From Bugula neritina (taxonomy: Eukaryota > Animalia > Bryozoa): a stretch of DNA of 64,000 nt. A program made the position numbers and the translations under genes. Position 1 is the first letter of the stretch. Each line of letters opens with the position of its first letter. Shown piece after piece: positions 13,743 to 28,350 of the stretch. The DNA lies in NCBI GenBank assembly GCA_964035545.1, contig OZ037772.1:310001-374000 (forward strand). Reading direction: 5' to 3'. The notes below the pieces were generated by a model. The model made no database searches, was not told the origin of the DNA, and saw only the letters and a program-made list of their open reading frames with translations.

Positions 13743-14421
13743 AGTTGTGTTTATACCTTCACGATTTTTCAAATTGAAAGTAAGAAATGGGGTCATTTCA
13801 GCATTCATAAGCTGCACATAATAGCTTATGTGTATATTTATACGGTGTGGACTTGCTATTACTGCGAGCAACAATATTACCAGCATGGGTGGTTGATTTA
13901 ACCTCTTAGTAGTTCCCATGGCTTACATACAATAAAATTCTAGTTGAATAGAATATTTACTATTGTAAAGTACAAAACAAATGACCAGAATATTTCATTT
14001 GTTGAACAGAAATTAATTTGTAATACTACTGTGGATTGGCTACTGTGCATTAGCTAGATGTAGGTGGAGTCCACGCTACCCAGCCATCCAGATGCATATA
14101 CTAAAGGGCCATTCAAAAACCAGCCAATCAAAGTCATTGATCTTACCATGGAGAGGAAGGGTTCACCCGATGTTGATGGCCTGCCTGGTATATCCGGCAA
14201 TCCTGGAGATGCAGGAGAAAGGACACCACCTTGTTTTTCAGGAGATATCGGACTTTTTGGAGAACCAGGTAATGTTTATGCTCAATTGAGTTTAATCTGT
14301 CAAGTTATATTGGGATCTTTTTCGTTTTCGTTATTTTATGTTTGTTACGTGGAAAAAGGAAAAAACTCTGTCTTGGAGCATTTTGGTTTTTTCAGAGAGC
14401 TTTGGATTATTTGATTATGGT

Positions 14422-14630
14422 CTACACAGGGGTGTAGACAAACTAAACTAGACAGGGGTGTAGACAAACTAAACTAGACAGGGGTGTAGACAGAATAAAA
14501 TACACAGGGCTGTAAACAGACTAAACTACACTGGGGTGTAGACAGACTAAACAACACAGAGGTGTAGACAGACTAAACTAGAGAGGGGTGTAGACAGACT
14601 AAACTACACAGGGCTGTAGACAGACTAGAC
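14422..14630. repeat. 26-bp minisatellite (CTACACAGGGGTGTAGACAGACTAAA)n
   Basis: About 8 copies, each with an internal CTACAC/GTGTAG inverted core. Confidence 0.9.
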
Positions 14631-17600
14631 TAACCAGTGGTCTAGATGGACTAAACCTCCTACGAACTTACAATTACCTTGCGTCATGACGTCTCTATTC
14701 TCTCCTATAATTTGACTTTTATTTAGCGAGCAGATTTCTAGTAGGCTATACTATAGTGACCAGTCACACTGTTTATTATAGCAACATGGAAATCAAGTTG
14801 AAAACTAGTTGCACCTGGTGTGATGTTATCAATGGGTGCTTACAGGTAGAGACGGAGTACCTGGATCTGTTCAGATCGGATATCAGGGTAAACAAGGAGA
14901 TCAAGGTCCTGCAGGTAAGAATGAGGAGTTACTCACCCTTGCTTGTGTATTTCTGTTCTTTTTAGGTATTCTATAATATGCTGGGGTTCTCCTCACAGCT
15001 AGTCTGCACTAAGGCAGGGTGTAGGCTAAGTAATCATATTAAATCCCAGCAGTGCTTGTTACTTCAACTGACAGGATTACTGTGTATGATAGTTACTCTG
15101 ACTGGTTTTCATGGATCATTTTTGCCATACTGTTTACCACATGATGCATTGTCTGAGTAAAAACAAGGAAACGAAGAAATATACCAGAAATGTTGAGAAA
15201 TTTTGTATTCCAAATTTGTTAAAATACCACTTGTAATGCACACTGGTGTTGCTTGGTTCATAGGACCTGTCGGACAAGCTGGAGAACCCGGTCTGGATGG
15301 CAGAAATGGAAAAACAGGAGAAACTGGACCAGCTGGTATGCCCGGTCCAACCGGCTCAAGGGGAGTCACAGGAGAACCCGGATCTGATGAAAGGTAATAT
15401 TTGTGTTTCACTTCACCCTATTCAGCTTCTTGGAACTTTTTATCTCTTTTGTTTTTATAATTTTGTTGTCAATTTTCTCAGAGACGGTTTACCTGGAGTA
15501 CCGGGTGCTGATGGTAGACCTGGGGAGCAGGGTGATCAAGGACCTCCTGGCCCCATGGGTCCAGTGGGATTCCCCGGTAACCAGGGACCTGAAGGTGCTC
15601 AAGGAGACAAGGGTGATAAGGCAGGAACATTCTTTATTCAGTTTTCTTTTTATTTCAGTTCTCTGGTTTTCCACTAGTCAATCCTGTAGTTGTTTATTTG
15701 TTTTAGTTTATTTATGTTAATACTAGAGTTGCTTCAGTGACATCACATCATGTAATATATTACATAACAGTACAGTATAATACACCATAATATAATATGT
15801 TATACAATACAATATTGTTACAGAAAATAGAATTCACTAATATCTCACAGCTAAGTTGTGTCTTCTAAATATATTCATTACTATAGGGGCCAGCTGGGCC
15901 AGAGGGTGCTTCTGGACCAACTGGATTGTCTGGACCAGCGAGTCCACGTGGGCCAACTGGTCCTCAGGAACCCCAGGGAGCTAAGGTATGAATTAAGTTG
16001 AACCTATCTTTGTCCTTAGTTATTGGCCATCAACAGAATCATGGCTCTAAGAGTTTTCCTACCTGGTAAGAAGATAAGGCAACTCCTAACTCATGATAAT
16101 AGGAATGGTGCTGCTGTTGTAGGACCCACTGGTTTTCAGGGACCTCAGGGATTCCCCAGATCTCCCGGTATTGATGGTGCAAGGGGAGATGTCGGATCAC
16201 TTGGTATTGCTGGACCACCCGGGCTACTGGGTGCTGATGGCAAACAAGGAATAACTGGTTCTCCTGGTGCTATGGGTCTACCTGGACCTGATGGTGCTAA
16301 GGTACACACTTACACTCACGCTCACACACGCATGCACTTACACTGTTAGCAGGTTATTGTTATTCATCTTGTTAGTTTAGTGGCAATAAACCAATAGTCT
16401 GTATTTCTAGGGTGAACAAGGGAGAGATGGAGAAATGGGTAGTCCTGGCAGTCCTGGACCTCCTGGACCACCTGGTGAAGCCCCAGTATTTGGTTAGTTA
16501 TTAGTAAAACCAAGTTATTGTCCATTACTTGTATCTTTTTTATTTTCTTTCAACTGTTTATTGGTAATATTTTGGGAATTTCATCTATAGCTTGTGATTG
16601 AAGCTTCTATTTATTCTACCACGGGTTATGTTAGGTGCGCCCCCTATGATGATGAGTGCAATGATGTCCAACAGTAAAGGTGTACAAGCAGATGATGCAG
16701 GCGCCAACAATGAGCTCTATAATATGTACCTCAGTGAGTAATGGCCATGATGTGCTTTGATGTTGCCCGCTTTGTAGCGGAAAAACTCTTTTAAATGCTG
16801 TTTTGGAACTCAAACGAAAGACTCGTTTCAAATTGTGTGTATGTTTTTGCAAATGAACAATTTTATAATTAACTGTTAGAAACTATTGTAATGAAAATAT
16901 AGACAGCTGTTATAATGTATTTCTCCTCCTAGCATCGATGATTGACATTCTTTCTTGATGAGTCGCTTATTTAGTTCGCTTCTTCAGTTGAATGTTGCTA
17001 CATTCTGACATATTATATAACGTTGGTTTCATTGCTGTTAGCTTACATCGCTACTTCTACCTTATTTCTCTAGAAACAAAAGTAAGGAACGGGTCCAAAG
17101 ACAGCCCTGTTAGGGACTGTAGAGAACTCTTCACTGAAAACCCAGAGTTCAAAAGTGGAACTAATTGGGTGAGAGAAGATACTGATATGTTTCTTTTTTT
17201 CTCTGCTCAGAAGAAATCCGTATCCAAGTCTTACGACTGAAATTCTGTGAACATGTTTTATATTCTGCAATTACTACTCCTGAGATGTCAATATAATGTC
17301 ATGTGAAGTTTCTACAGATATTTAATGAATTGTTGTTTAGGAAGAAGAGTTTTCCCATGAGTTGCCTGTATTATATAATTCTGTATATTCAACAGCTGAA
17401 CAGGTTTTAGTAGTTTCATTTGATATTAGCATTATGTTAGTGTGAAATAGAGAAGTTGTATTCTCTATTGTTTGTTGTCAGATGGATCTAGATGGTGGCT
17501 CCATAGCTAATGCTATCCAGGCTTACTGTCGCAAGGAAATGAAGAGCACTTGTATCAATGTCAAAACCTCTGAGTTTGCCACCAAATCGTACGTCACCCA

Positions 17601-18022
17601 GCAGCTAGATAATCAGCCATTCATTGCTAAACACATGGGAACAGCACTCGTGAGTGTTTATCTTGTATCAACCATGACTGTCTTAGTAATAGTCAAGAAT
17701 ATCCAAGAGTTTTATGTTGATAGGTGTCGCTATAGTAACGTGTTGGTTTCCTGTATGGATGTTGCTAGTCACCAGATACTAGTCCTCTACTATGTTGCTA
17801 GTCACTTGATAATCTGAACAATCACTGGCTTCTTCTTAAGCTGAGCGAGTTGTTGGTATGACTATTCCTTTTGCTGATTGTAGATGTATAAACTCAGTGG
17901 CGGTAGAAGACGCATTCAGTAGGAAGAATAGGTCAGTCATTTTATATACAGCTGGTGAAAAAGAATACACAGTAACAGTCAGCAGGTTCCAATATTCAGT
18001 GCTGCAGGTTGATTGCAAGGTA

Positions 18023-18360
18023 TGTAAATCTGACCTTTATATAGTGTAAATAAGACCTATATACTGTTAATCTGACCTATATAATGTAAATCTGACCTAT
18101 ATACTGTAAATCTGACCTATATACTGTAAATCTGACCTATATAGTGTAAATCTGACCTATATAGTGTAAATCTGACCTATAAAGTGTAAATCTGACCTAT
18201 ACAGTGTAAATCTGACCTATATAGTGTAAATCTGACCCATATAATGTAAATCTGACCTATATAGTGTGAATCTGACCTATATAGTGTAAACCTGACTTGT
18301 ATAGTGTAAATCTGACCTATAAAGTGTAAATCTAACCTATGTAGCGTAAATTCGACCTGC
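18023..18360. repeat. 20-bp minisatellite (TGTAAATCTGACCTATATAG)n
   Basis: About 17 copies starting at the splice donor after 18019. Confidence 0.95.
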
Positions 18361-21300
18361 ATATGAACATGATTGCGATAGTTGCATCTTTTTTGTATTG
18401 ATATACAATATAGCTTGCCTTTGAGGCTTTTTAACAACTACTAATGAGTTCAACCCAAAAGCACTTTGATTTCTGTGCAAGTTTAGAGTTTTAAGTTTGC
18501 CCTCTGCCATTTTGTAGTATTCCAAATACTATCAGAAGCTCTGACAGTGATTGAGATTTACACCAAGACCACCACCCACTTGCCTATTATTGACATTGCT
18601 CCTGGTGACATTGGGACCACCCACAAAGAGTTTGGGGTTCAGCTTGGAGAAGTCTGCTTTTCATAGACTCATATCTAACAACAGTTTTATTTGTCTGATT
18701 TGTAAGACTGTCCCTGATTAGATAATTAGTGGCCAATCAGAGAATGCAATCAATGTTTGGTTGGCTGAGACCAGCAGTCTGATTCTTATATAACCTAATT
18801 TTTAAATGAAATATTTGATTACTCTAAATAAATTTATCCGAGACTTCCAAGGCAGTGATGGTGATTTTTGTACATATAAATTTGAAGGAGTTTAGCTATA
18901 AGGTTTATGCTGTTTTTTTAATTATTCCACCATAACCTGAGTTTGTGAGTAGTAATTCTAGAATGAGGTAGGGAGGGTGTAACACCCTTCCCTATGACTT
19001 TATATATTTAGAAACTGTTGTTAATTTAGTAATTCTGTTGGTGCTACATTTTTAAATTCATTTAATCCAACCATTTCTCTATTACAAAATATATTTTACC
19101 ATAAGGTGCTACACAATTTATTTCTCAGCTTGTAGATTTCATCATCAAAATTATTGAAGTAATAAAATTGGTCCAGAATTTGAAAGAAGCTGCAGTTTTC
19201 AGATCTGATTATTTAACCTATTTATCCTGAAATTCAACATTGTTAGTTTAAAATGGAGTGTAACATATATTTTAGTCACTTAGTTCCAACTGTGTTGACC
19301 ATATCAACATTTTAAATTTTACTTCAGCTGCTATGAAGTACATAAGTAAATGGCATTAAATTTCCCATGTCACATCATCTTGTAAAAGTTAATTGTAAAT
19401 AAAAATAAATTTCAAGTGTTTTCGAGAAGTTACAGGTTTGTATGTTTGAACAAATGAAACATAATGTTCCTTAATGTCAAGATTCTGCTTATACCACAAT
19501 ACCATAAACATTGTCACTCTGTCAGTAGCCAAAAGCAGTGATGAAAAAACTTGTTTACTAACACAACTAGTAAATTTTATAAATATCAGACACGATTTAG
19601 AGAAGAGTTGATGCTGCCCTGCTGCTGTGGGACGGCGGAAGATTTTTGAAAACATAGATTGGCACTTTAGTAGAGTCAGACCTGAGCTCGCATTTGAAAG
19701 ACTTGTTACTGAAAGCAGAAACAATAAATATCAAAAAAAATGTCTAATTTTCAGGTTTCTGGGAAATTTTTTCAGATCTGTATTTCTGAAACTAACAATG
19801 TTTTACTAACCTTCATGTCAGGAGTTCTCTTCATCATTGTTGTACAGACTTTGAATACCGTCACGTATCAACTGGAAACACACATTACAATCATTAACTC
19901 AAGCACAATCAACATAGAAGTTTAGCAATTACCAGTGAGCATTGAAAGAATTTCAACAGATTGAAAACTTTTCCAAATAAATTATAAGTCTACAAACTGT
20001 TTTTGATCTAGCAATGAGCCATTTTAATTCGATACATAGTGGTGATCGCTTAGCTGGGATCTTGGTTGGGGGGTGGGGTCCATTCCTGCCATTGCTTCTG
20101 CCCATCTCAGTGTCTCTGCTACACACTCCTATGTAACAGATGTATGAGTTATATCTATTATACTGTATGCCTTCAGCACATATATGTCATACATCCATAT
20201 TGCACCTTATCGCAGTGGTAACTGGTATAAAATGTATCACCTTATATGCGTCAAATTGCGTGACTATCAGCTTCTTTTGAAAAGTCAAACTTTGGACTTT
20301 GGCTTCAGCCTTCGTCATCCGAGAATATAACTGAGAAACAACATCCTGTCAATAGGAAGACAGATAGCAGCGGAAATTTTTCAAATTTTGGTTTTCCTGA
20401 TGTCAAACACAGAAAGGTTTAACTCATGAAAACACAGCACTAATTAAACAGGGAGAACTAATATAATAATTCAAGGGAACCTTTAGGTTACAACTGGTTA
20501 GCAAAGTGGGTATCTCGAGGATCTTGTATTGGTGAACTTCAGCCTATAAATGGCTCGTTTTACTCTTTTGCTCACAAAGTTTATCAACAAGATAGAAAAG
20601 CTTAACATATTCACTAGAATAAGATTGTATCTGCTAAAGACTATGTCCAGCTATTATAGATTATAGATTGTATCTACAATCACATGGCACACTCACAGTA
20701 AACTTGTTAGCTTATTACTAAGCAGTGAACTTCAAACTATTAGGCAGAGTGTTAACAAAGGAAGTCACTTCCAACAACTGCATATCTGTTGAGAATAGCT
20801 CACTGCAGCCAGCTAAAGACTATGTCCAGCTATTATACACACTTTAGTCACAAATAATTAATTATATTTCAACTGCAAAATGCAAGGATTCGGTAACATA
20901 CATTAGCCCTGGCGATATGTTTTCTCATCTTGATAATATCCCATTGTTGAAAGGCTATCATTCGCTCCTTCTTAGCGACAAGTGCATTAGCAGCTTCCAG
21001 TTCAATTTTCAGTTTGTCATTGATGCTCTCTGCATCTGCCATGGAGTCACTAATCTGCTACATAGACACCTGCTGCTCGGCTAAATCTTTCTGAACTGTG
21101 AACTGCCTCACAGTTAAGGCTTTTCAACTTGTCCTGCAACTGGCCAACTTCTTCTTGCAGAGTTCCGGAAGTCTGTTTCTCAACCAATAGCTGTGTTCGC
21201 AGGTCACATGATTCTATCTACAGAAATGCACTCACAATACACAATGTTATATCTGTTGTATATGTACTAATTGCCTCTTTATATTGGAAACATGGTTCTT

Positions 21301-21427
21301 TTACTGCATAACCAATTGTAAAACAACGCTGATGTTTCAAACTCAGCGCGCTTAGCACATTTAAAAATCATGTGAAAAAAACGGGACATTTTCAAATTGA
21401 TGTATGTTGATTGGCTGAACAGTTTAG

Positions 21428-22434
<1,007 letters not shown>

Positions 22435-23677
22435 TATTATAAGTAGAAGAACTAACTAACCTCCTCTGCTTTCCTCTTCAGCTTATCCTGCAACACATGA
22501 CGCTCTTCAATCAAGATCTCCACTCTGGAAGCCTCCCCTGATTTGGTGGCGTTTTTACATTTCAGGGCTTCCAGCTGGACCTTCAGCATGCTGATTGTAT
22601 GGAGGTGCTCATAACATTGAACTTTCTAAAATTCATCATTGAAACTATTTCTTGAGCCTTAAAAGATAATACAGTCACAGTATGACTCATTATGCATTCT
22701 ATAAATCAAATTACAAACAAATCAATATCTAATAATAATTATGATGACAGTCAACATCTCAAATATTCTTATTAGACTTTTATATTCTATAACATATTGT
22801 ATTTATTACACTGCAATATAAAACAAAAACCTATACTGAAACTTCTACCTGTGAATGAAGATCAGCTTCTTGACTTTTACACTGGTCTAGAAGGGTGTTG
22901 ACTTGTGAGCCTCTTTCTTTAGCTGAAGCTAATAGTTGTTCTTTCAAAGTCCACAATAAGTAACGCAAAAATACGTACCTAATTGTGTGAGGAAGTCATT
23001 GTGCAAAGAGGACCAGGTTAAATGTTACTGCTATGAAGACAAACTCTGCACCAACCACAGAAAAAAGTAGTTTATAAGTGAACATTTCTAGAGCACTCAA
23101 GTAAAAGCGTCTACACCTGGATTACTTTAAGAAACAAAATGACTGACTGATTTATACCTTTACAATTTCCTCATACTCATTGAGTCTTCTTTCATACTCT
23201 GACTGTAATTGAACATTTTCTGTTGCAAGTTGACTGTTCAAAGTGATCAACTCTAAAACAACACATGCTTTCTCAGACAACTAAAGGCAATAGGCTTCTA
23301 TCCAACTTACACTGTGAGATTAGGATAAATTAAGTGAGCATTTCAACACCACAATAAGCAGTATTAGAACCATCCACTTTCGTGCAAATAGTTTCATTGA
23401 ATCCATTGCTGCATGAATGTAGTGAAAAACAAAAAGATATGGAAATTAAAAAGGAGACATAGGCTATAAAATTTGATAGGTTTAGTGAAACCAACACAGA
23501 ACCCACACTTCAAGTCACTATATTTATTATTACAACAGAATAAGGAACAACAGTAAGTAAATATAAAAAGTATCTGTTCTCAAGTCCAAACCGCCATCTG
23601 CCATCTTGGAGTCAAAACTTTTCCTTTTCTCGTGTGGGATAGTTGTGCCTGCATCTCCACAGGAAAAAGCAGTATTC

Positions 23678-23827
23678 ACATTACTAGCTCCACCCACATT
23701 ACTGGCTCCACCCACATTACCGGCTCCACCCACATTACTGGCTCCACCCACATTACTGGCTCCACCCACATTACTGGCTCCACCCACCTTACTGGGTTCA
23801 CCCACATTACTGGCTCCACCTACATTG
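23678..23827 (-). repeat. 18-bp in-frame exonic minisatellite encoding (NVGGAS)n
   Basis: About 8 copies of CACATTACTGGCTCCACC, in frame with the exon starting at 23834. Confidence 0.85.
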
Positions 23828-24864
23828 CTATCACCTGAAACAATAATTTATAATATATAACACAAAAACAATTTTATTAAGAACTTATTGATGTTATTGA
23901 TGTTGAGTTTTAGTCTGTACTTCTCCTTCAGCTGTTCATCACATCTCAACAGTACAATAGATCAATAATTTAAAGATTAAAATTTAATTTAATAAATAAT
24001 TTTAAACGCTATATCACTGAATAATACATAGCTTGAAAATGAAACTACAACACAATAATTTTTAGCTATGTGTCAAAGTTCTATGAAATAAGTTATATAT
24101 AAGCAGCAGAATTAGTCAATCTATAAACCTGAGTCTCTGTATAACTTGGTTTTCTCTTCACTTTATTGTAATGGTACACAAATAGGAAGCATATTGTAAA
24201 TTGATCTCAAAAAGTTGTTAGGGTTCATTTGAAATAATAACTTTAGCCGAAGACCCTATCAAGAAAAAAGCTTTTTCTAGTAGGTGCAGCATTGCACAAG
24301 TTTTATTTCTTTAGGTAATCTGAAAACCCAACTTAGGCTATGTGGAGACAATGTTTGTTTATTTGAATTTATGACATGGTTACTTGAGAAAGACATTCTT
24401 TTAACTTTTTAGAAGTACTTTAATGAAATTTATCTAAATTACACAAAAATTCTGCTGATTCTCATATAATGGTAAGACATACACCAACCTGACTGGTACT
24501 TCTTATCAGCTACAAGAGTTTGGACTTCATCAGCCATGTTGATGGCGGACTTGTGTTCTTGTAATACAGAAGGCAGTATATCAGCTGAACTAACCAATGA
24601 CTTGCAGCACAGAGCAGGGTAAGACTGTAGGCATTGTCAAAGCTTTTAGTGAAATGTTCTTGATGAAAGCTTTTGGCAAGAGCTTTCTAGCTGTTAACTT
24701 TTTGTTAAGTTGTCATCCTGCATCTGTGCATCTACACCATTCAGCATTCGCACTCACATTAACAATTATTTTGCACCTTCTAATTAAAGGAAAAGGAATA
24801 GAGAAATAAGTAGTACAGCCAACTAAGTCTGCCTCAATTCTGTCTTTACTAAAACCTGATTGCA

Positions 24865-25000
24865 TACAGTGTAAGTATACTGTGTAGGTATATAGTGTAA
24901 GTGTACTGTGTAGGTACACAGTGTAAGTATGTAGTGTAGGTATGTAGTGTAAGTATACTGTGTATGTAAACAGTGTAAGTATGTAGTATGTAGTATGATA
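24865..25000. repeat. Degenerate ~22-bp tandem repeat (CAGTGTAAGTATACTGTGTAGG-like)
   Basis: Visible tandem copies. Confidence 0.7.
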
Positions 25001-28000
25001 CTGCTATTCTAGTAAACTGAATGGTGAAAACGTGACTAGGGAAAGAGACAGCACGTCACAAGACCGCTGTATACAGGTGTCCTTGCCGAAGTGACTCCCC
25101 TCTCAACTACCGCATAGCATATCAACTCTACACCACCATCTTCTGTCCTACAATCTCAGTCTAACCAACCAATGGTAAGTCATAACCAACTTCTGTCAGT
25201 CAGTCATTCAACATGGTGCATTCTGATTGCATCAATTATACATCTGTTGAGTACTACTGCATGCTGTAGAACGGTCCTGACCTGCAAGGAGCCGATGGTG
25301 GTGAGGAGTTTCTGATTGACGATTCAGATGAAGATATGTCCCTGGACCCCCTGACTCCGTCTGTAGAATACTCAAAGAGCTGTCCAATCATGACGAGAGG
25401 TTAGTCTTTCATCAAATAGTTGCTTTCGGCTATTGCTTGTTAAATAAATAAACGCTGCTGACATAATGAACAGTTTTAAAATAGTGCAGACTAACTTATC
25501 CCGATGTATACATGTATGGTTTGCTATATGGTCAGTGTCAAATGTGTATGTATAAACATAAAAAAATATACTCTTTTAGATCTACAGCAAAATTCATGTT
25601 TTAGCTGTACAGTTTGTGCCACTACAGATAGCAGAGGAAGGCAAAACCAAACGCACGTCACTCAGTTCTGCAGTGCCATATATTATCATTACTGTTTAGA
25701 ACAGGCCATCAGTTCTTCACAAAAAACATGTTTGAAACTAAACTATAAAGATCTGCTGAGAATAAGTGCCTGTTACTTGCACTCTAGTAAACAGTAAATC
25801 TAATGGATGTATATTTTATCTAAAATCGTATGTTTTGAACTGCCCCTAGCACATTTATAACCAAAGAGTTTTGGTAACAACATTTTTATTTTAGTCATTT
25901 TTATATGATAGTTTTCATACTTAGCTCAATAATTGAATTTACTACTTGTCTAAATAATACATCGGAGAAATGCAAAATAAAAGTTATTTTCAATATTAAA
26001 AGTAGATTTCACCTCCCACGTCTAACATCACACATTTATAGAGTTGGCTATTAAATGACCAAGTCTTTGGTATGAATAAACTGGACAGTATTTGGCTAAT
26101 GACTATACATTGTACCATCATTATTGACTCTGTGGTTGGCACCACACTTCCCAGACTATTCTATCTTTTGTAGCTGAAACTTCTCAATCTATATATTAAA
26201 AGAGCAGAAGAAAAGCGTGCAGAGCTTCACCACGACACTATCACAAAGAAATAAGTTACTCAGGAATTACTTCCTTATATTCACAAGAGTCAGATGTTGA
26301 GAGCCAGCTATGCCTCAGTTGACAACAAGATGGGAGACGCCCATGGTTCTACCGTCAACGCTAAGGGTGCCATGAAAAATATGAAGAAAATTATCCTCAA
26401 CATGTAGACATTGCATCACCAGTCAGAGCAAATGTCAAGGTTAAACTCTGTTTCCTGTTGATGGACTTCCTTCTTGAATATCAGCTGTACCTTTATCTTG
26501 TATAGATATTTTAATTATATTCTCCTTGTATGATTAGGAAAATAGTTTGGATACAAATGTCACAATTTACTCTTTATTGTTTATGTGCTTTTGAAAATCA
26601 TGTTTGGTAATTCTTTCATGTTGCTGTAATTAATTGTTTAATAATAATAGATAATGATTATTCAATAATTACTTCTTCTGAAATTCCCTTAGGGTGTTGC
26701 ATGTTGTCCATTTTAAAGAGGAAAGTAAAGCATTGCCTATATAAACAAACAAATGAAGCAGCCTTGGTTTAGGGTAAACACAATGTCAATGATTTGAATC
26801 TTTGGTAAACAATAAGACATTTTCATAATGACCATAGAAAGCTCCATTAAATTGTTCATCACTAAACAATAGTTGTATATACTTCAAGTGGTTCATCTCA
26901 TGATCCTAGTTTAGCATCCAAAAAGAAAGCTCATGATAAGTAGTTTATGAGAGTGCAAGGGAATAGAATAGATATGAGGAACACAATTAGAGTAGAAAAA
27001 CAAAACAAAAACAATAACAGCCATTTTGATTGGAGAGAGGACTGAGAAAACTGCATAACTCTGTTTAGAGTTGTCTTCTTAATTTTGAGCTCATGGCATG
27101 TGTATGTGCTACCTAGCAGCAGTACTATAATATAAACAAGAAACAATCTCCGTTATATGCCCATCATTGACATCTTTGATGCATCTATTGATTCTATTAT
27201 CAGGTATTAGCGGTTAAATTAGTTTTTTCAACTTTTTCTAAAATAGTTAGCTCAGCTAACAGACTGGTTTTATAAATTACACTTTGAAATGTGTTTTTTT
27301 GTAATTCTGTTCTAAGCATTGTCCTACAGTGGCAAATTCTCAGGCCTACCTTCAACAGTCAGCTGTTGGAGCAGCAAAGTAGTTTGGGTTGAATAGTGTA
27401 TATTAATAACTTTCCTTTTAATGACTGACAGTCTAGTAGCAATACAAATAATACTTTTACAAAACTTTTCATCTTTACCAACAATGCAGCTAAATGCTGA
27501 AACAGTTTTGCAATTATTTGATTTATCTCGTTGCATATGACATGCTATTCATGCCAATGCCTAATAGTGACTATGTATATGTGTATGTATATAGAACACA
27601 GTGTATTATATGGCTCTGCTGAGTCAACAACCATTAATTCTATACAAATTCAAACCCAGAATATTGAGGTGTGTCCATTTATTCTAGTTGTATGTAGTAT
27701 TATTTATAAACTTTGCATGTACCACATTAAAATTTATTTTATTTAAGAAAATTCAACATTTGTTATGCAAATTTTGCCAGCAAATGACTAAAAAAGTTAT
27801 TTGATTTTTTAAAAATTTAGTAAGAAAAGTAACTCCTAAATAAAGTGACTGGCCCATGCTATGTCCTATTGATTTTAATATTGAACACATGATGTAATTA
27901 TGTAATATTTAGGATGTAAACTATCATCTCTGGTTTGTAAACAGGCACAATGTGGCCTTCAGTCTCTACTGATGTTTTATTGGTAAAACTGTTGTGAGAA

Positions 28001-28144
28001 CTACAATTAGTGAAGTTGTAAATATGCCATAATGAATTATAACAAGGGTAAGGGGGGGGGGTACAACGGTCATAGGGGTACAAAAAGCCGGCCAAATTGT
28101 CAGAGATGCTCAGAACTTTTTTTGAAAACTTATCTGGAACAAGT

Positions 28145-28350
28145 GGTGCCTGGTAAAAGTAGCACAGGTAAAATGACACAGGTAGTAGTGGCACAAATGG
28201 AAAAATAGATAAAAATGGCACATTTTCAATATTGAAGTTGGATATTTAGGGTTTTGAGTTCAGAATGGGGGGGGGGTTTGGAGGTTTGGCTTTTGGAAAA
28301 ATTTTACCATCAGTGTGCGATTTTTACTTGTGTCATTTTTATCTAAAATT
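28145..28350 (+). mobile_element. Mutator-like MITE with 9-bp TSD
   Basis: Flanked by ggaacaagt / ggaacaggt; subterminal GGTAAAATGGCAC-type repeats are inverted at the two ends; same family as 55275-56302. Confidence 0.75.

Larger units (their letters stand above)
12630..18666 (+). pseudogene. Fibrillar collagen (Cys-rich N-terminal repeats, short Gly-X-Y helix, COLFI C-propeptide), degenerate
   Basis: Cys-rich exons 12630-12682 (TGA at 12647), 13045-13129, 13376-13522. Gly-X-Y exons 14064-14268, 14846-14914, 15264-15393, 15482-15620, 15887-15985, ~16020-16065, ~16103-16301, 16411-16492. Linker 16635-16733. COLFI exons 17074-17168 (GSKDSPVRDC), 17482-17649, 17884-18019, 18518-18666 ([24 protein letters not shown]). 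Many Gly substitutions, a frameshift near 18525 and a phase mismatch inside COLFI. A possible extra degenerate exon lies at 10561-10666. Confidence 0.88.

Noticed and set aside
26200-26410. Coding-looking stretch AEEKRAELHHDT..KKIILNM*
   Set aside because: Has an internal stop, no recognisable family and no partner exons.
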